Source: Octopus sinensis
Lineage: Eukaryota
NCBI RefSeq assembly: GCF_006345805.1
Contig: NC_042999.1
Span: 165,974,001 to 166,038,000 of the forward strand
Reading direction: 5' to 3'
DNA length: 64,000 nucleotides
The notes under the pieces were generated by a model. That model was given only the letters and a program-made list of their open reading frames with translations, was not told where the DNA came from and ran no database searches. Positions 24,730 to 36,923 of this stretch are shown one piece after another. The position numbers and the translations under genes were made by a program. Each line of letters starts with the position of its first letter. Position 1 is the stretch's first letter.

Positions 24730-25998
24730 AGTATTAGTTTCTATTACTATATTTTTATATTACTATATATTAGTTTCTATTACTATATCTTGTGGCACCC
24801 CCACAAGACAGTACTGTTCTAATACTATGGAGAGCATCCAGCATATTGCAAAGAAGAGTTCCACATGAGTATCCAGCCCTGGAATATACCCTACTGTAGG
24901 ATAACAGATGCTAGCTGAATAACAGCATAATAACTTTTTAAATGCACATGACAAGGGTTTTACCTAAATTATACTTAATAAATAAGACTACCTTTATAAT
25001 GTATGTATGTGTGTGGGTGGATGGGTGGACAGACAGTTGGATGGATGCATGCATGCATATATATATCTGACCAAGGACCACACAACACACTCTGACTTGT
25101 ACCAGTTTAGAGTGCACTAAAGAAGTTTAGGCATGTTTTTCTTATTTCACAACCCAGTTTGTTTTTGTATGATTAAATTCTGGTTACTTCAGCAAAAACA
25201 AAATAATTCTTAGTTTATAATATAAATTTATCCCTTTGGAAAATCATTCAATATAAAATTCACAAAAAGCGTTTCAAATGGTGGGTAAGTAGAAGAGACA
25301 AGATGAATAGTTGAATAGGAAAACTTTTGCATAATCAATCTATCAGCTAAAAATAATAGCAAAATCTCCCTATGATCCCTCAGTACCATTTTTAAAAAAA
25401 AAGACAGATACATTGGAAAACTTTATTAGTAGCTACACTAGATCTACAAAAACAACATTCATGGCTCAAACACACTAAAAGAGTATTTAAACAGGCCACA
25501 CCTGACCCAAATATTCTACCTGTTTTATATTCAGACTGCCCAGATCCAACCTCTCACACCTATCCTGAAATGTCATCCTAAAACTAAACAATTACATCAC
25601 TGAAATCTTGAAGCTACAAAGCAATGCCTGGTCAATTCAAAACAATGTGAATAAATAAGCATCACATTTGACCGAGAAATCTGAATGGTAAAGGGTTAAT
25701 AACTACTAAATGCATTTATTTTATGACCTAATCAGAGAAGGAAGACAGCATCCAAAATCTTTTTGCAAAGCATCTGGCACTAGCAGGCAGAGGGAGCAAA
25801 AACAAAATCATATAAACATGCCTGCTGCATCAAGATCATATACTAACAACAAAATGGTTAACATGTGTCAAAAGAAGTAAATATTTGTTTAAAAATTACA
25901 TTTAATGTGAGAAAAGTTTATTATTCTTGTCATAAATAAACATTATTTGAGAACTCTTTACAGTTCTTGGAGCTAAATCTTGCTGACAGCCATTTTAA

Positions 25999-26218
25999 CC
26001 CTTTCGTTACCAACTTGGCTGAAACCAGCTTTGGCTCTGAGTACAAATGCCTGGTTTTCAAAAGTTCTGAATTAAAATCTTCCACCAAACCTTAGTCACA
26101 ATTTATGTTCCTAACACTAGCTGAATGATAACTAAGTTATTTTACTAAATTCTTTGTTATATTTAAAGTAATTGAAAGAAACCCAGAGCATCTCAACAGA
26201 AATACAGTAACGAAAGGG
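25999..26218. mobile_element. piggyBac-type MITE (second family)
   Basis: TTAA|ccctttcgttac...gtaacgaaaggg|TTAA, with a perfect 12-bp TIR and TTAA target site. Confidence 0.88.
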
Positions 26219-26345
26219 TTAAAGTGCAAAAGTTGCCCACTTATTATTGCATCTTTTATTTTCTTTACATCTAAAAATAAACAAATTATAATCAAATATT
26301 TATTTATGTTGGCTTGTTGAGATGTCAGATAAGTCGTCAATTGGA

Positions 26346-26756
26346 CAGGAGTGGCTGTGTGGTAAGTAGCTTGCCTACCGACCACATGGTTCTGGGTTCA
26401 GTCCCACTGCGTGGCATCTTGGGCAAGTGTCTTCTGCTATAGCCTCGGGCCGACCAATGCCTTGTGAGTGGATCTGGTAGACGGAAACTGAAAGAAGCCT
26501 GTCGTATATATGTATATATATATATATATGTGTGCGTGTGTGTTTGTGTATCTGTGTTTGTCCCCCTAGCATTGCTTGACAACTGATGCTGGTGTGTTTA
26601 CGTCCTTATCACTTAGCGGTTCGGCAAAAGAGACCGATAGAATAAGTACTGGGCTTACAAAAGAATAAGTCCCGGGGTCGAGTTGCTCGACTAAAGGCAG
26701 TGCTCCAGCATGGCCGCAGTCAAATGACTGAAACAAGTAAAAGAGTAAAGAGTAAG
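26346..26756 (+). mobile_element. tRNA-derived SINE family B, young copy
   Basis: Near-identical to 18516-18924. Confidence 0.9.
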
Positions 26757-27293
26757 AGATAGTTAGAACTTTTCCTCCTCTTCACCACCACCATCCTCAT
26801 CATCAACAACAACATTTATTTATGCCTTCATTTCTATGCTGGTAGACATTGGATGAATTATCACAGTTCAAGTCAGTTGTTGGTTCAAAGTTAGTGCCCT
26901 CCTAGATGGGTTGATGACTATGTCTTCCTCATTTTAAACTATGTCTGAGAAAACTAGGAGATATTTGGATCATAATTACCTAAAATCCATACGTCATGTA
27001 TATGTGTGTGTCATTATTAAGATGGTGAGCTAGCAGAATCATTAGCATGTTGGACAAAATGCCCAACGGCTTTACATTCTGAGTTTAAATATTGCCACGG
27101 TCAACTTTGCCTTTCATCTTTTTGGCGATCAATAAAATAAAGCGCCAATTATGTACTGGAGTCGAAATATTTGATTTATCCACATTCCCAAAAAACTTCA
27201 GACCTAGTGCCACTATTAGAAAGAATATTATGATGATGAAAGTAAAGGTAAGTTTTTAGCTGAAGCTGCACATGTAATTAAAATACACTGAAC

Positions 27294-27561
27294 ACCTTAA
27301 AGTTTTTTTTATATTTTCTGTAGAGAAAAAAAGAAGGCTCACCCCAACCTTAAAGTTTTTTTTATATTTTCTGTAGAGAAAAAAAGAAGGCTCACCCCAA
27401 CCTTAAAGTTTTTTTTATATTTTCTGTAGAGAAAAAAAGAAGGCTCACCCCAACCTTAAAGTTTTTTTAATATTTTCTGTAGAGAGAAAAAGAAGGCTCA
27501 CCCCAACCTTAAAGTTTTTTTTATATTTTCTGTAGAGAGAAAAAGAAGGCTCACTCCAACC
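27294..27561. repeat. Minisatellite, 5 x 53 bp
   Basis: Unit accttaaag(t)n-atattttctgtagagaaaaaaagaaggctcacccca starts at 27294, 27347, 27400, 27453 and 27506; copies are nearly identical. Confidence 0.95.
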
Positions 27562-28139
27562 GTGTTTTGGGGGACTTTTCAGGAATCAACTGCCCATGTG
27601 GAATTATTCATAGGGGCGTTATACTTAAAGCTTCTAGAATTAAGGGCCACATTAAATTAGATTTGCGTAAATCTGCTAAGCATAAATAGCACAATGCTAG
27701 CAGCTAAGGCAGTTAACAAATTTTTGACATGTTAAGAAATGTATGCTTGAAGCAGTAAATGCACCAGATTCTAAATTTTAAACTGACACTGCATCTGTAA
27801 ATATGCTACATTAAATACACTGGACTATTGTAAAAAAAGAAAAGAGAAAAAGGAAGAAAGAAATGGAAGCTGTATCAAATTGTTATTTTTGCAAATTGGA
27901 TTCTTTAATTCAATGAAGCCCTGAATTCTTGTCACCACAAACACAATGTATCCACAAGCAGCTGGAAATAGTTTCTGAAGCAGTCCTAAAAAGGATTGAG
28001 ATCAGATGCACCAGTCTCACTTTTTCTCTTCACAAAGTGATTGTATGAAGACAACTCTTTACAAGTGACTCGTTAATAAACAAATCATCATCATCGTTTA
28101 ACGTCCTCTTTCCATGCTGGTATAGATTGGACGGTTGTA

Positions 28140-28372
28140 CAGGATTGGCCAAAAGTCGCCCAACAGTAAATCAATATGCCATAAATAGTATCTGTAATTC
28201 TGTATTGACTCGAATAGAAAAGTGCATCGTTCAAGAAGGACTTCAGTTCGGACAATTTTCATCAGGTTTCATATTTAGATGCTTATATTAAATTCATTCA
28301 GTTGTTAAACGTAAATATATTTTTGAATTAAATGGCTTTAATTTACTTTCAGGTGACTTTTGGCCAACCCTG
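28140..28372. mobile_element. Tc1/mariner-type MITE
   Basis: TA|caggattggccaaaagtcgcc...ggtgacttttggccaaccctg|TA. Confidence 0.85.
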
Positions 28373-28861
28373 TATATTTTGATATACAAATTTAAAATAT
28401 AAACATGGAAGTTGTAAACTTCATGACTGAAATTGTTGTCAGACAAATGGGTTTGTCAGCTGACCTTGCATTTAAAACAAGGAGCCATCACAACAACTGA
28501 TGCATTACACAAAATAAATTTCATTGAAAAGCATTAATTGACAACAAACAAAAATCTACCAGGATTTAACTGTTATATAATTTTTAAACCAGGAATTGAT
28601 GATTTTGTCAGTTATAACAGTATTCTTGAGACTCTTTGCAACATACAGCAAAGTGCAGAAGCAATATACTAGTATTACTCTCATCATCCTGATGATGATG
28701 ATGCCAGAAAGGTCTTGAAACATTAATAGAGTAATGGATTTAAGAATGCAATTGTCCCAAACTAAACCTAAAGAACTAATAAGGAAATATGAAAAAATCC
28801 TTAAAACACTGAACTTGAACGGTCAAAGCCATTCCTTATTTACACAAATTATATACATATA

Positions 28862-29303
28862 CGAGGTGTGTTCAAAAAGTATCCTAGTGGCTACATGTTG
28901 CCTTTGTGATGCTGTGCATTGAAAACAGCTGGACACATGGATGACAAAGAACTGGCAACTTCACCATGACAAGGTGCCTGCTCATTCTGCCCACATAAAC
29001 CAAGCTTTCTTGATGAAGAACAACACACTACTTGTTCAGGTTCCCTATTCTCCCAACTTGGCACCATGCGACCTCTGGCCCTTTCCTAAACTGAAAACCA
29101 CACTGAAAGGGCTATGAGGAGAAATTATGAGAAGAGCAACGGTGGAACTCCATATCATTCCAGAGGTGTTACCAGCATTGGCAGAACCACTGGAAGAAGT
29201 GTGTGAACTTCTAAGGTGAGTATTTTGATTAAGCAAAATTTGGGAAATGTACAAAATTGTCTTTTTTATGACCAAAGGTCAGGTACATTTTGAACACATC
29301 ACA
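28862..29303 (+). mobile_element. Internally deleted mariner element
   Basis: TIRs cgaggtgtgttcaaaa / ttttgaacacatcaca with TA flanks; internal WQLHHDKVPAH and PYSPNLAPCDLWPFPKLK remnants. Confidence 0.85.
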
Positions 29304-29664
29304 TACACACACACAAATATATAGATACCACTGCATAGCACCTTGGGTTAGTCCTGAGCCAACTAAAGACTTGTGAGTGGGTTTGATAGATGGAAACTGA
29401 AAGAAGCCTATTGCATATAATATATCTGTATGTGTGCATGTGTGTAGGTTACTGTCGCCTTGCCTTGACATTGCTTGATAGCTGTAACCAAATGTCACCA
29501 TCATGAAAGTGGCATCCTTTGTTTCCAATCTTCTATGTCTGATCATGGGGAAATATTACCTTACTAGGAAATAGGTAAGAGTTGGTGACAGGAAGGCCTC
29601 TGGTCATAGAAAATCCACCTCAACAAATTCTAAGCAGACATTAAACAGTGATGGTGATTTTACG

Positions 29665-30200
29665 TTTCGTGTCCGTTGCCAGCCTCGCCTGGCCCTCGTG
29701 CCGGTGGCACATAAAAAGCACCATCCGTTCGTGGCCGTTTGCCAGCTCTGTCTGGCACCAGTGCGGGTGGCACGTAAAAAGCACCCACTACACTCACGGA
29801 GTGGTTGGCGTTAGGAAGGGCATCCAGCCGTAGAAACACTGCCAGATTTGACTGGGCCTGATGAAGCCTTCTGGCTTCACAGACCCCAGTAGAACCGTCC
29901 AACCCATGCTAGCATGGAAAACGGACGCTAAACGATGATGATGATGATGATGATGATGATATCATCATCGTCATCCTTTAACATCCATTTTCCATGTTGG
30001 CATGGGCTGATTTGACAGCAGCTGGCCAGCCGGGGAGCTGTCCAGATTCCACTTTCTTGTTTTGGCAGGGTTTCCACAGCTGAATGCCCTTCCTAACACT
30101 TAACAGAATGTACTGGGGCACTTTTTACATGCGACTGGTACAGGTGCATTTCCGCAGCACTTGTATGAGTGCATTTTACATGGCACCAACACCTGCCTCC
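29665..30200. mobile_element. Two RTE 3' UTR (family A) copies tail-to-tail
   Basis: A + copy at 29665-29960 ends in (GAT)n and directly abuts the (CAT)n of a diverged - copy at 29962-30200. Confidence 0.8.
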
Positions 30201-33200
30201 ATGTATGGATGACTGCAATTTTATTTAGCTTGGCACATCTTCTCAAGTACAGCAAATTGCCACAACTCCTGGCCTCTTGTTACCCCACATGTGCACATAT
30301 ACATACATAGATACGCATATGCATGTATACATATATCTGCACACAAACACCCTATTAACATCATACTCATTTTACATCTACTTTTGGATTGGTTGGATTG
30401 TCACGATCCAAGTCGGTTCTTATTTAGAGTTACTGCCTTCAAAGACAAGAAGATCAGGCTTTACTTCTACATTGCAATTTTCTCACTTTTGGCTTGGTTT
30501 CAACAGCTAGAGGCCCTTCCTCTTGCCAATAGCTTCAGAGAATCTACAGGGGGACATTTTATCATAGAACAAGCATTAAACAAGACTAAAGGTTCTTCCT
30601 CACTCTGCATTCTCTTTGCTTATTACCATTACTTTATGAAGCGTACTGGGTGCATTTTATCCATGGTACCTACACGGGTGAGTTTGCCTTGTACTTTATA
30701 AGACTAAATATTCCTCCTTCCGCTATGATAGGTTTGTTTCCTCAAGACAATGTGACCAAGAAGGTGAAGGGAAGGAAAAGTAGTGACAGAATGATAAGGA
30801 TAGGTGGCTGAAAGGAGCAAGAGTATGATAGTAACAAAGGAGTGGTTGAGGTGAGAGGACAGTAGGGGAGGGGTGAAAGTAATGGATAGTAATAAAAGTG
30901 AATAGTAAATAGTAGAAATATGGAGATCTGTGTATTTGTTTCAGTGATCACCTTGGAAACTAATTTTTTTCCATTATAAAGCCAGCCAGAGTTTACATCT
31001 CACATACCAGTAGGTAACATATCAAACTAAGCTTTATCCTCGTAATATATGGGTAAATGCCATGCTACTAAATACACTGGCTAAATCAGTAAAGGTCTAT
31101 CTAGTTCTAGTACTTCACAACTTTCTTGGTCACAAAGCTGTTATCTTGCCTGCTTATATAGGCCACTCTCAGTAATTATAGAATCAGACCAAAGTAGCTA
31201 AACAATTCATAAAGACCTTGGTACAACATTAAAAGTCACATTTAAAATGCACATACCCAATCCCTCACATACCTACACACACACATGCATGCATAAATAA
31301 CACTGATATTTAGTATGCAGTTCCATTAAATATCTAACAAAAACCAGAAAAAAGCAGACTGAGTTAGTACAGTAAGAAAGGTTAAATTACACTTTGTCAC
31401 AAGAAAAAGTGTAAATAACAATAATAAAGAATGCTCAACAGCATGTAAAGAAGAGGGTTAATTAGAATTCAAGAAAATTATAGGTATGCATTTTATTGTT
31501 AGAGAAATAGGTGCTATTGCTTAGGCTTAGGCCAGACCTGACTGAGCAGGTCTATGAGCTAAGGCATTCCAATTATGACCACTACATCCTTCTCTCAGGA
31601 ATTTTGTATAAAGGACTACATTATTTAAAGTTTCCCCTCCCATCCAAGGTGGCTGGATAAGATTTGAAAGAAATTTAGCTGCTATTTCTGGTGGGATGAG
31701 TGACTCTTTTTCTTAGGAACAACATATTTTGTAAGAGGAGAGAGTTGTATATAATATATAACAGAACAATTCAAAAGCTGTCATACACTGTTGGTATTTA
31801 ATCAATCCTAGAGGAATAGAAAATGAAGGCTCTCACAATAAAATTAAGAACAACAATGATGATGATGCTAATAATAATGGGTTAAAATTTTGATACATGG
31901 CTAGCAATTTCAGGGGAGCGGGGAAGTCAGTTACATCGACTCCAGTGCTCAACTGGTGCTTACTTCATCTACTCCAAAAGAATGAAAGATAAAGTCAATC
32001 TCATTGGAATTTGAACTCAGAATGTGAAGCCAGACAAAATACTGTTAAGCATTTTGACTAGTGTACTAACGATTCTGCCAGCTCGCTAACTTAGCAACAA
32101 CAATAATAATGGTATCATATTTTGACACAAGGCCAGCAATTTTGGGTGAGACAGTAAGCTGATTACATTGACCTTAGTGCTCAAATGGTACTTATTTTAT
32201 CAACACTGAAGGATGAAAAGCACAGTCAACCTCAGCAATATTTGAACTCAGAATGTCAAGTAAGAAGAAAAGCCGCTCAGCATTTTGTCAAGTGCAATAA
32301 CAATCCCACCAGCTTGCTGCCTTCAAAGGGTCAAAGGTCTTTCCTGAGCCACAGGCTCATAATATTGGTTTGCTGGATTCTCTGATGTATACACTCCCAC
32401 CCAAAATGAAGTGTTTTGCTCATGAACATAACACATTGCCCAATCCAGGAATTGAAGCCTGGGTGAGTGCAACACCTTGACCACTAAGCTATGCACCTCC
32501 ACATTAATAATAATAATGTTTCCTTTCTGTAATACAGAATAAAAGAAAAAAAATTCAAACTAGAGGAACCCAAAGTGGTAAAAACAGACATTTGTGTATA
32601 GTAGGTGTTATTAGAAATAGCTATAGCCACATGGCTAGGAATTTTACTTTGCAACCAAGGGCTCTCAATGCACAACACCTTGGGCTAGCATTGTCTTCTA
32701 ATGCAACCTTGGATTGATAAAAGCTATATGAGAGGAATTTGGTTTCAAATGTGTGTATGGGTTTTATCTAGAGGCTGTCTCCGATCTGTGAGATCAATGC
32801 CATCAATGTTCCTCTTGAACAATGGCAACTTAAGAACTGCAGGAAAAACATGTTTATACAGAATGAGTAAACAGCATCACAAGTAAGAGAATATTCCTAG
32901 TCTGGATAATGGTATGAGAATAATCTGCCCCCTGTGGTTTAAATAAAGGGTTCAGTTTGAAACTCAAAGAATGTTACTGAATATGACAGGCACTTGAATA
33001 AGGCTGCAGGTTTCAACAGCCAAAACATAACTATAACAAGTTGAGGACACTAGTCCAACAATGTCAATGTTACACAGTTAGTTGTGAGATTTGTGTCAAA
33101 AAGGAATAGGACATGTGTCTGTGTATGCCTGCATCCTTAAATGCAGGGCAGCCAGTGAGGGGAAGTTACAGCTTGAACTAAACCAGTGCTTCACATTCAG

Positions 33201-34102
33201 ACAAAAGTATACCCTTGCTTAGGCTGGAGTGGAGCAATGCAGACTGAAGAGTGAAGAGGGTAATAAATTGCTATGTTTAATAAAATTAAACCGAAAATTT
33301 AGCTGACTTAAATGTTTTTTAAACTTGTCAAACACCATGGCAAAGAAAAGAATTATTGTATATGGATGCAAACATTTTTTTTCTCATTAAGAGGGAGGGC
33401 GAAATTGCAATGACATTTGGTGAGAACATAGGTATCTTTTCAATTTTTAGATCACTAAACTAATCAAATACGTTTTAATTGAAACAAGACAGCTGCTTCG
33501 AAAGTACCAATTTTAAATTTCAGCTTCTATAGTAATTACAACACTTTATATAGTGACTATGTATGCATATAATTACTTGTGTGTGTGTTGTGCGTGCGCA
33601 CATGTATGTGTATGCGTGTAACGAACGTGCGCGTGCACGTTGGCAGAATCTCAAGAGCATCAAAGGAATGCCGAGTGACATTTCTTCCAACTCTTTACAT
33701 TCTGAGTTCAAATACTACTGAGGTCAACGTTTGCCTTTTGCCATTTTGGGGTCTATAAATCAAGTTCCAATCCAATTATTATTATTTTGGTGGGAATGAT
33801 TTTTTGCTCCCTTTTTAAATTAATGCTTGAAAAGGTTAAGCATGTTTTTAAAGTAACATAATCTCAAAAGTTTTTTAAAAAATAAATATCTGAAAAAATT
33901 ATTTAGAAAAAGTTAGATCTGAAAAATTACGGAAAGAGGGGGAAACAAGCTGTCCCCCATCTGTCCCTCCTCCCCACTTAAAAAAATGTAGAATTGTCAT
34001 CTAAAAACACACAGCTGAAGAAATTACCGCTTTTGGCACATATTTTCCGGCTAAATTCTAAAGGAAGGCGACAACACACACACACACACACACACACACA
34101 TA

Positions 34103-34333
34103 AACCCACGCTAACTACACAATACTTGACACTCAAACTTTTACTCTCCTGTTTCCACTTGGATATAATTTTGGTGTTGTGGAGAAAGTGGGTTTTTCCC
34201 CCCTCATCGTCTCGTTTTATACACACACACACACACACATATATACATATAAACACTTTCTCCACAACACCAAAATTCTGGAGACAGGAGCGTAAAAGTT
34301 TGAGCAACAAGTATTGTAAAGTTGGCGTGGGTT
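34103..34333. repeat. Imperfect inverted repeat (~85-bp arms) around a CA microsatellite
   Basis: 34103-34190 pairs with 34254-34333; the inner aattttggtgttgtggagaaagtg / cactttctccacaacaccaaaatt match is perfect. Confidence 0.85.
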
Positions 34334-36120
34334 GACTTGGTTCATCAACACAGATTGTGTGGGGTCGGTCGGTGGCAGAGTCTGGCCTACGTGATGCAGA
34401 GCAGATTTGCTTAGTCAACATTTTGATTCGCTTGTTTGTTTCTTGCTATTTCCTTAAGAATCTAAGTAGGGAGGAAAGAGATGACACCAGTCAGTTGGCT
34501 TGTACCCCATTTATTGACATTACTGAATTGATCAAAACAAATCGATCAACGTCTTTGTCTTTGTCTTTTCTCGCATTCCTTGAATGAATAAACATTGAAG
34601 GCTGCCTCCACATGGTTGCTCGATCTACTAGAAATAGCAGCCAAATCTCCTTCGAATCACGACCTACTGTCTTGAAAAATGTACACATTGAATAATGTAC
34701 ACTAAAGAAAAAAATTATATGAGGGTAACTATGGGAACAGCTTTGATCATAAGCAGCAGAATCAGATATTGCTGACCTGGGGACTAAAGGGCTCTGCCTT
34801 TCTCAAAAGCCACAGTGATATAAGTGAAGTAAAATAACAACAAGCAATTGCAAGGAATCCTTTTTGTAGTCTAACTTGCTATAAATGACAATCAAATCGC
34901 CCTCAAATGACATCCTACCGTCACGAAACTATAAAATTGTCCCAGATACACTTATAGCCTCACCCACTCGAGATGACAACGGCCGAAAGCTTTCAACGTA
35001 TGTATTCCAGGTCATGGTTGACCTGGGGCTAAACAGCATCATTATGAACTGTCTCCGCACAGGGCTCGTCCCAGCTCTGCAGCTTTATTAATATGAATTT
35101 AAAGGCATTTTTACAAATGTATCCAGTCACTTATTAAATAAATCCAGCAGAAAGTAAACTTTATAGAAAGTTTATTCCCCAATGGCAGGTGGAAACTGAT
35201 ATTACGTATTAGACAAAAAGCTGAGAGTGACAATTTCTTTTTAAAGTCTTCTTTCTTTCTGCTGAAGTATTCAGAACAAATTTTCATCTGAGTTTATCAA
35301 CTTTACTTTTCAATTTCTTTCTTTTTATTCCAATAAGCAATTATTTCATATTCAATTTTTAATGTCTATCATAACCAGAACGATAGATAGATAGATAGAG
35401 TTGCATAATACACACATAAACGATGATGGGGAGACGATTTAGTTAAACGATTTGGGCCAATATGGAAAATAAGGGCGCAATCAATAAAGAATTGGAAGCG
35501 CACTGTGACCAGCGGTATATAACATCCGTCTGATTGATACAGGTGATACACACACACACGTGTGTGTGTGTGTATACATGCACGTGTGTTTGCATGAGAC
35601 AGAATGGTTGCAGGTATGCACATGAAATGTGTACAGTGTGTGACCCGATCGTGCAATACAATGGAATCGGCTCCAGAGAATTGGTTCTCCCCGTAGAGAA
35701 TATTCAGGTAAGTTTCCTAAGAATAGGATATTTCCATAAAGCCGTTTACCATGGATCTTTCATTAAATGTGGTATTAATAATATATATTTTTTTACGAAC
35801 GTGCGCTTTTATACACACACGCTTCATTTTGACAACCTTGGCGATTTAAGGACACTTCTTTCTTTTTGACTACGAAATCAACTTCTCTGGAGTTGATATT
35901 GTCTTTTAACCGGCGGTAAAACAAGTACCAGTAACATACGGCGGTTAAGTGGATTGCCGAGGGTGTTTCTCCCAGGCAAAAGTTTTCGTTTTGCAGTGCC
36001 TGGTCCGAAACAAATATGTTATTGCAGTTAAGAAACTTTGGTGGATCCGCTGAATGTCTGCGGCGATGCTTTGACTATTTTACCGAATGAAATTCTATAA
36101 ACAAATAAATAGTAACTCAC

Positions 36121-36181
36121 CTTGACAGACGACCATATAAAGATCCAAAAGTGCGCAAAGAATTAAGATATATTTCTTCAT
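36121..36181 (-). CDS. PLOD: Lysyl hydroxylase PLOD coding exon 1 (signal peptide)
   Basis: ATG at 36181 gives MKKYILILCALLDLYMVVCQ plus one G, then a CAAG|GTGAGT donor. G+AA forms GAA (Glu) in frame with exon 1694-1782. The basic-then-hydrophobic peptide fits an ER-luminal enzyme. Confidence 0.85.
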
Positions 36182-36379
36182 GATTAGTGATAAAAGAATT
36201 TACATCGGAGATTACGATGGCTTTTTGTGTAGAGAGAGAAGAGAAAACGAAGAGGAAATGTATTTGGTTTGGTGCCAGAGGAAAAAGTGCGCGAGTGGAA
36301 ATGGTAAACGTGGAACAACGAATGATGCCAAGTAGACAGAGGGTTAAAAGAGGCTGAGTTGTGTTTGTAGATGCCACAT

Positions 36380-36620
36380 CAGCAACTTCCGAGAGGCTGT
36401 AACTTGATAGTCTACTGTTTAGGCTTCTGACTGTTGAAGCAGCGGATGGCAGGCAAAGACCAGTGGAAGCCGTCTTTTACGACATCAACAACATCTTCGT
36501 GGTTTCACTTCCGCCGACGTCACTTCCTCTGTCGAATTCTGTCATGGCAACTACAAGCTGACAACAATTCCAACTTCTTTCCTCAAAATCTATTCGAGCG
36601 GTCTACTGCAGTAACCATAA
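36380..36620 (-). promoter_or_regulatory. CpG-rich putative PLOD promoter
   Basis: Local CpG enrichment upstream of exon 1; cACTTCCG-ccGACGTCACTTCCt gives tandem ETS-type motifs overlapping a CRE-like GACGTCA. Confidence 0.65.
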
Positions 36621-36923
36621 TCTTATGTTGTGAAATAACCTGATTTAGGTTGGGGCCAAGACTTCCGTCCGTCCCCCACCAAAATCCACCCTTTTAAACA
36701 TTTTTTTTATCCGACACAAACCCCACTTTTCGGCTATGCTGAATTCGAATCTGCAAAAAAATTGGCAAAAATCGACATTTCTAAATTACCACCCCCATTT
36801 CCTTTATTTTTAACTTTTTTTTTTTCAGAATTTTTTGTTCCAAAATATGCGGAAAAATACGGAGATAATGATTCTCAAAAAAATTTCCAAAATCTTTGTA
36901 AAATTTTTCTTTAAGAATTTTTG

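Larger units (their letters stand above)
23062..24845 (-). mobile_element. 5'-truncated Penelope-like retroelement (ORF end plus terminal repeat)
   Basis: Contains ORF 23692-24729 and a downstream terminal repeat homologous to 44944-45232, with a 25-bp inverted duplication at the 5' junction. Confidence 0.88.

Noticed and set aside
27294-27561. CRISPR-like periodic array
   Set aside because: The units are identical end to end with no unique spacers, there are no cas genes, and the context is eukaryotic.
36117-36377. 86-aa ORF-track call overlapping PLOD exon 1
   Set aside because: It uses a GTG start and the wrong frame. The ATG at 36181 in another frame gives a signal peptide in phase with exon 2.
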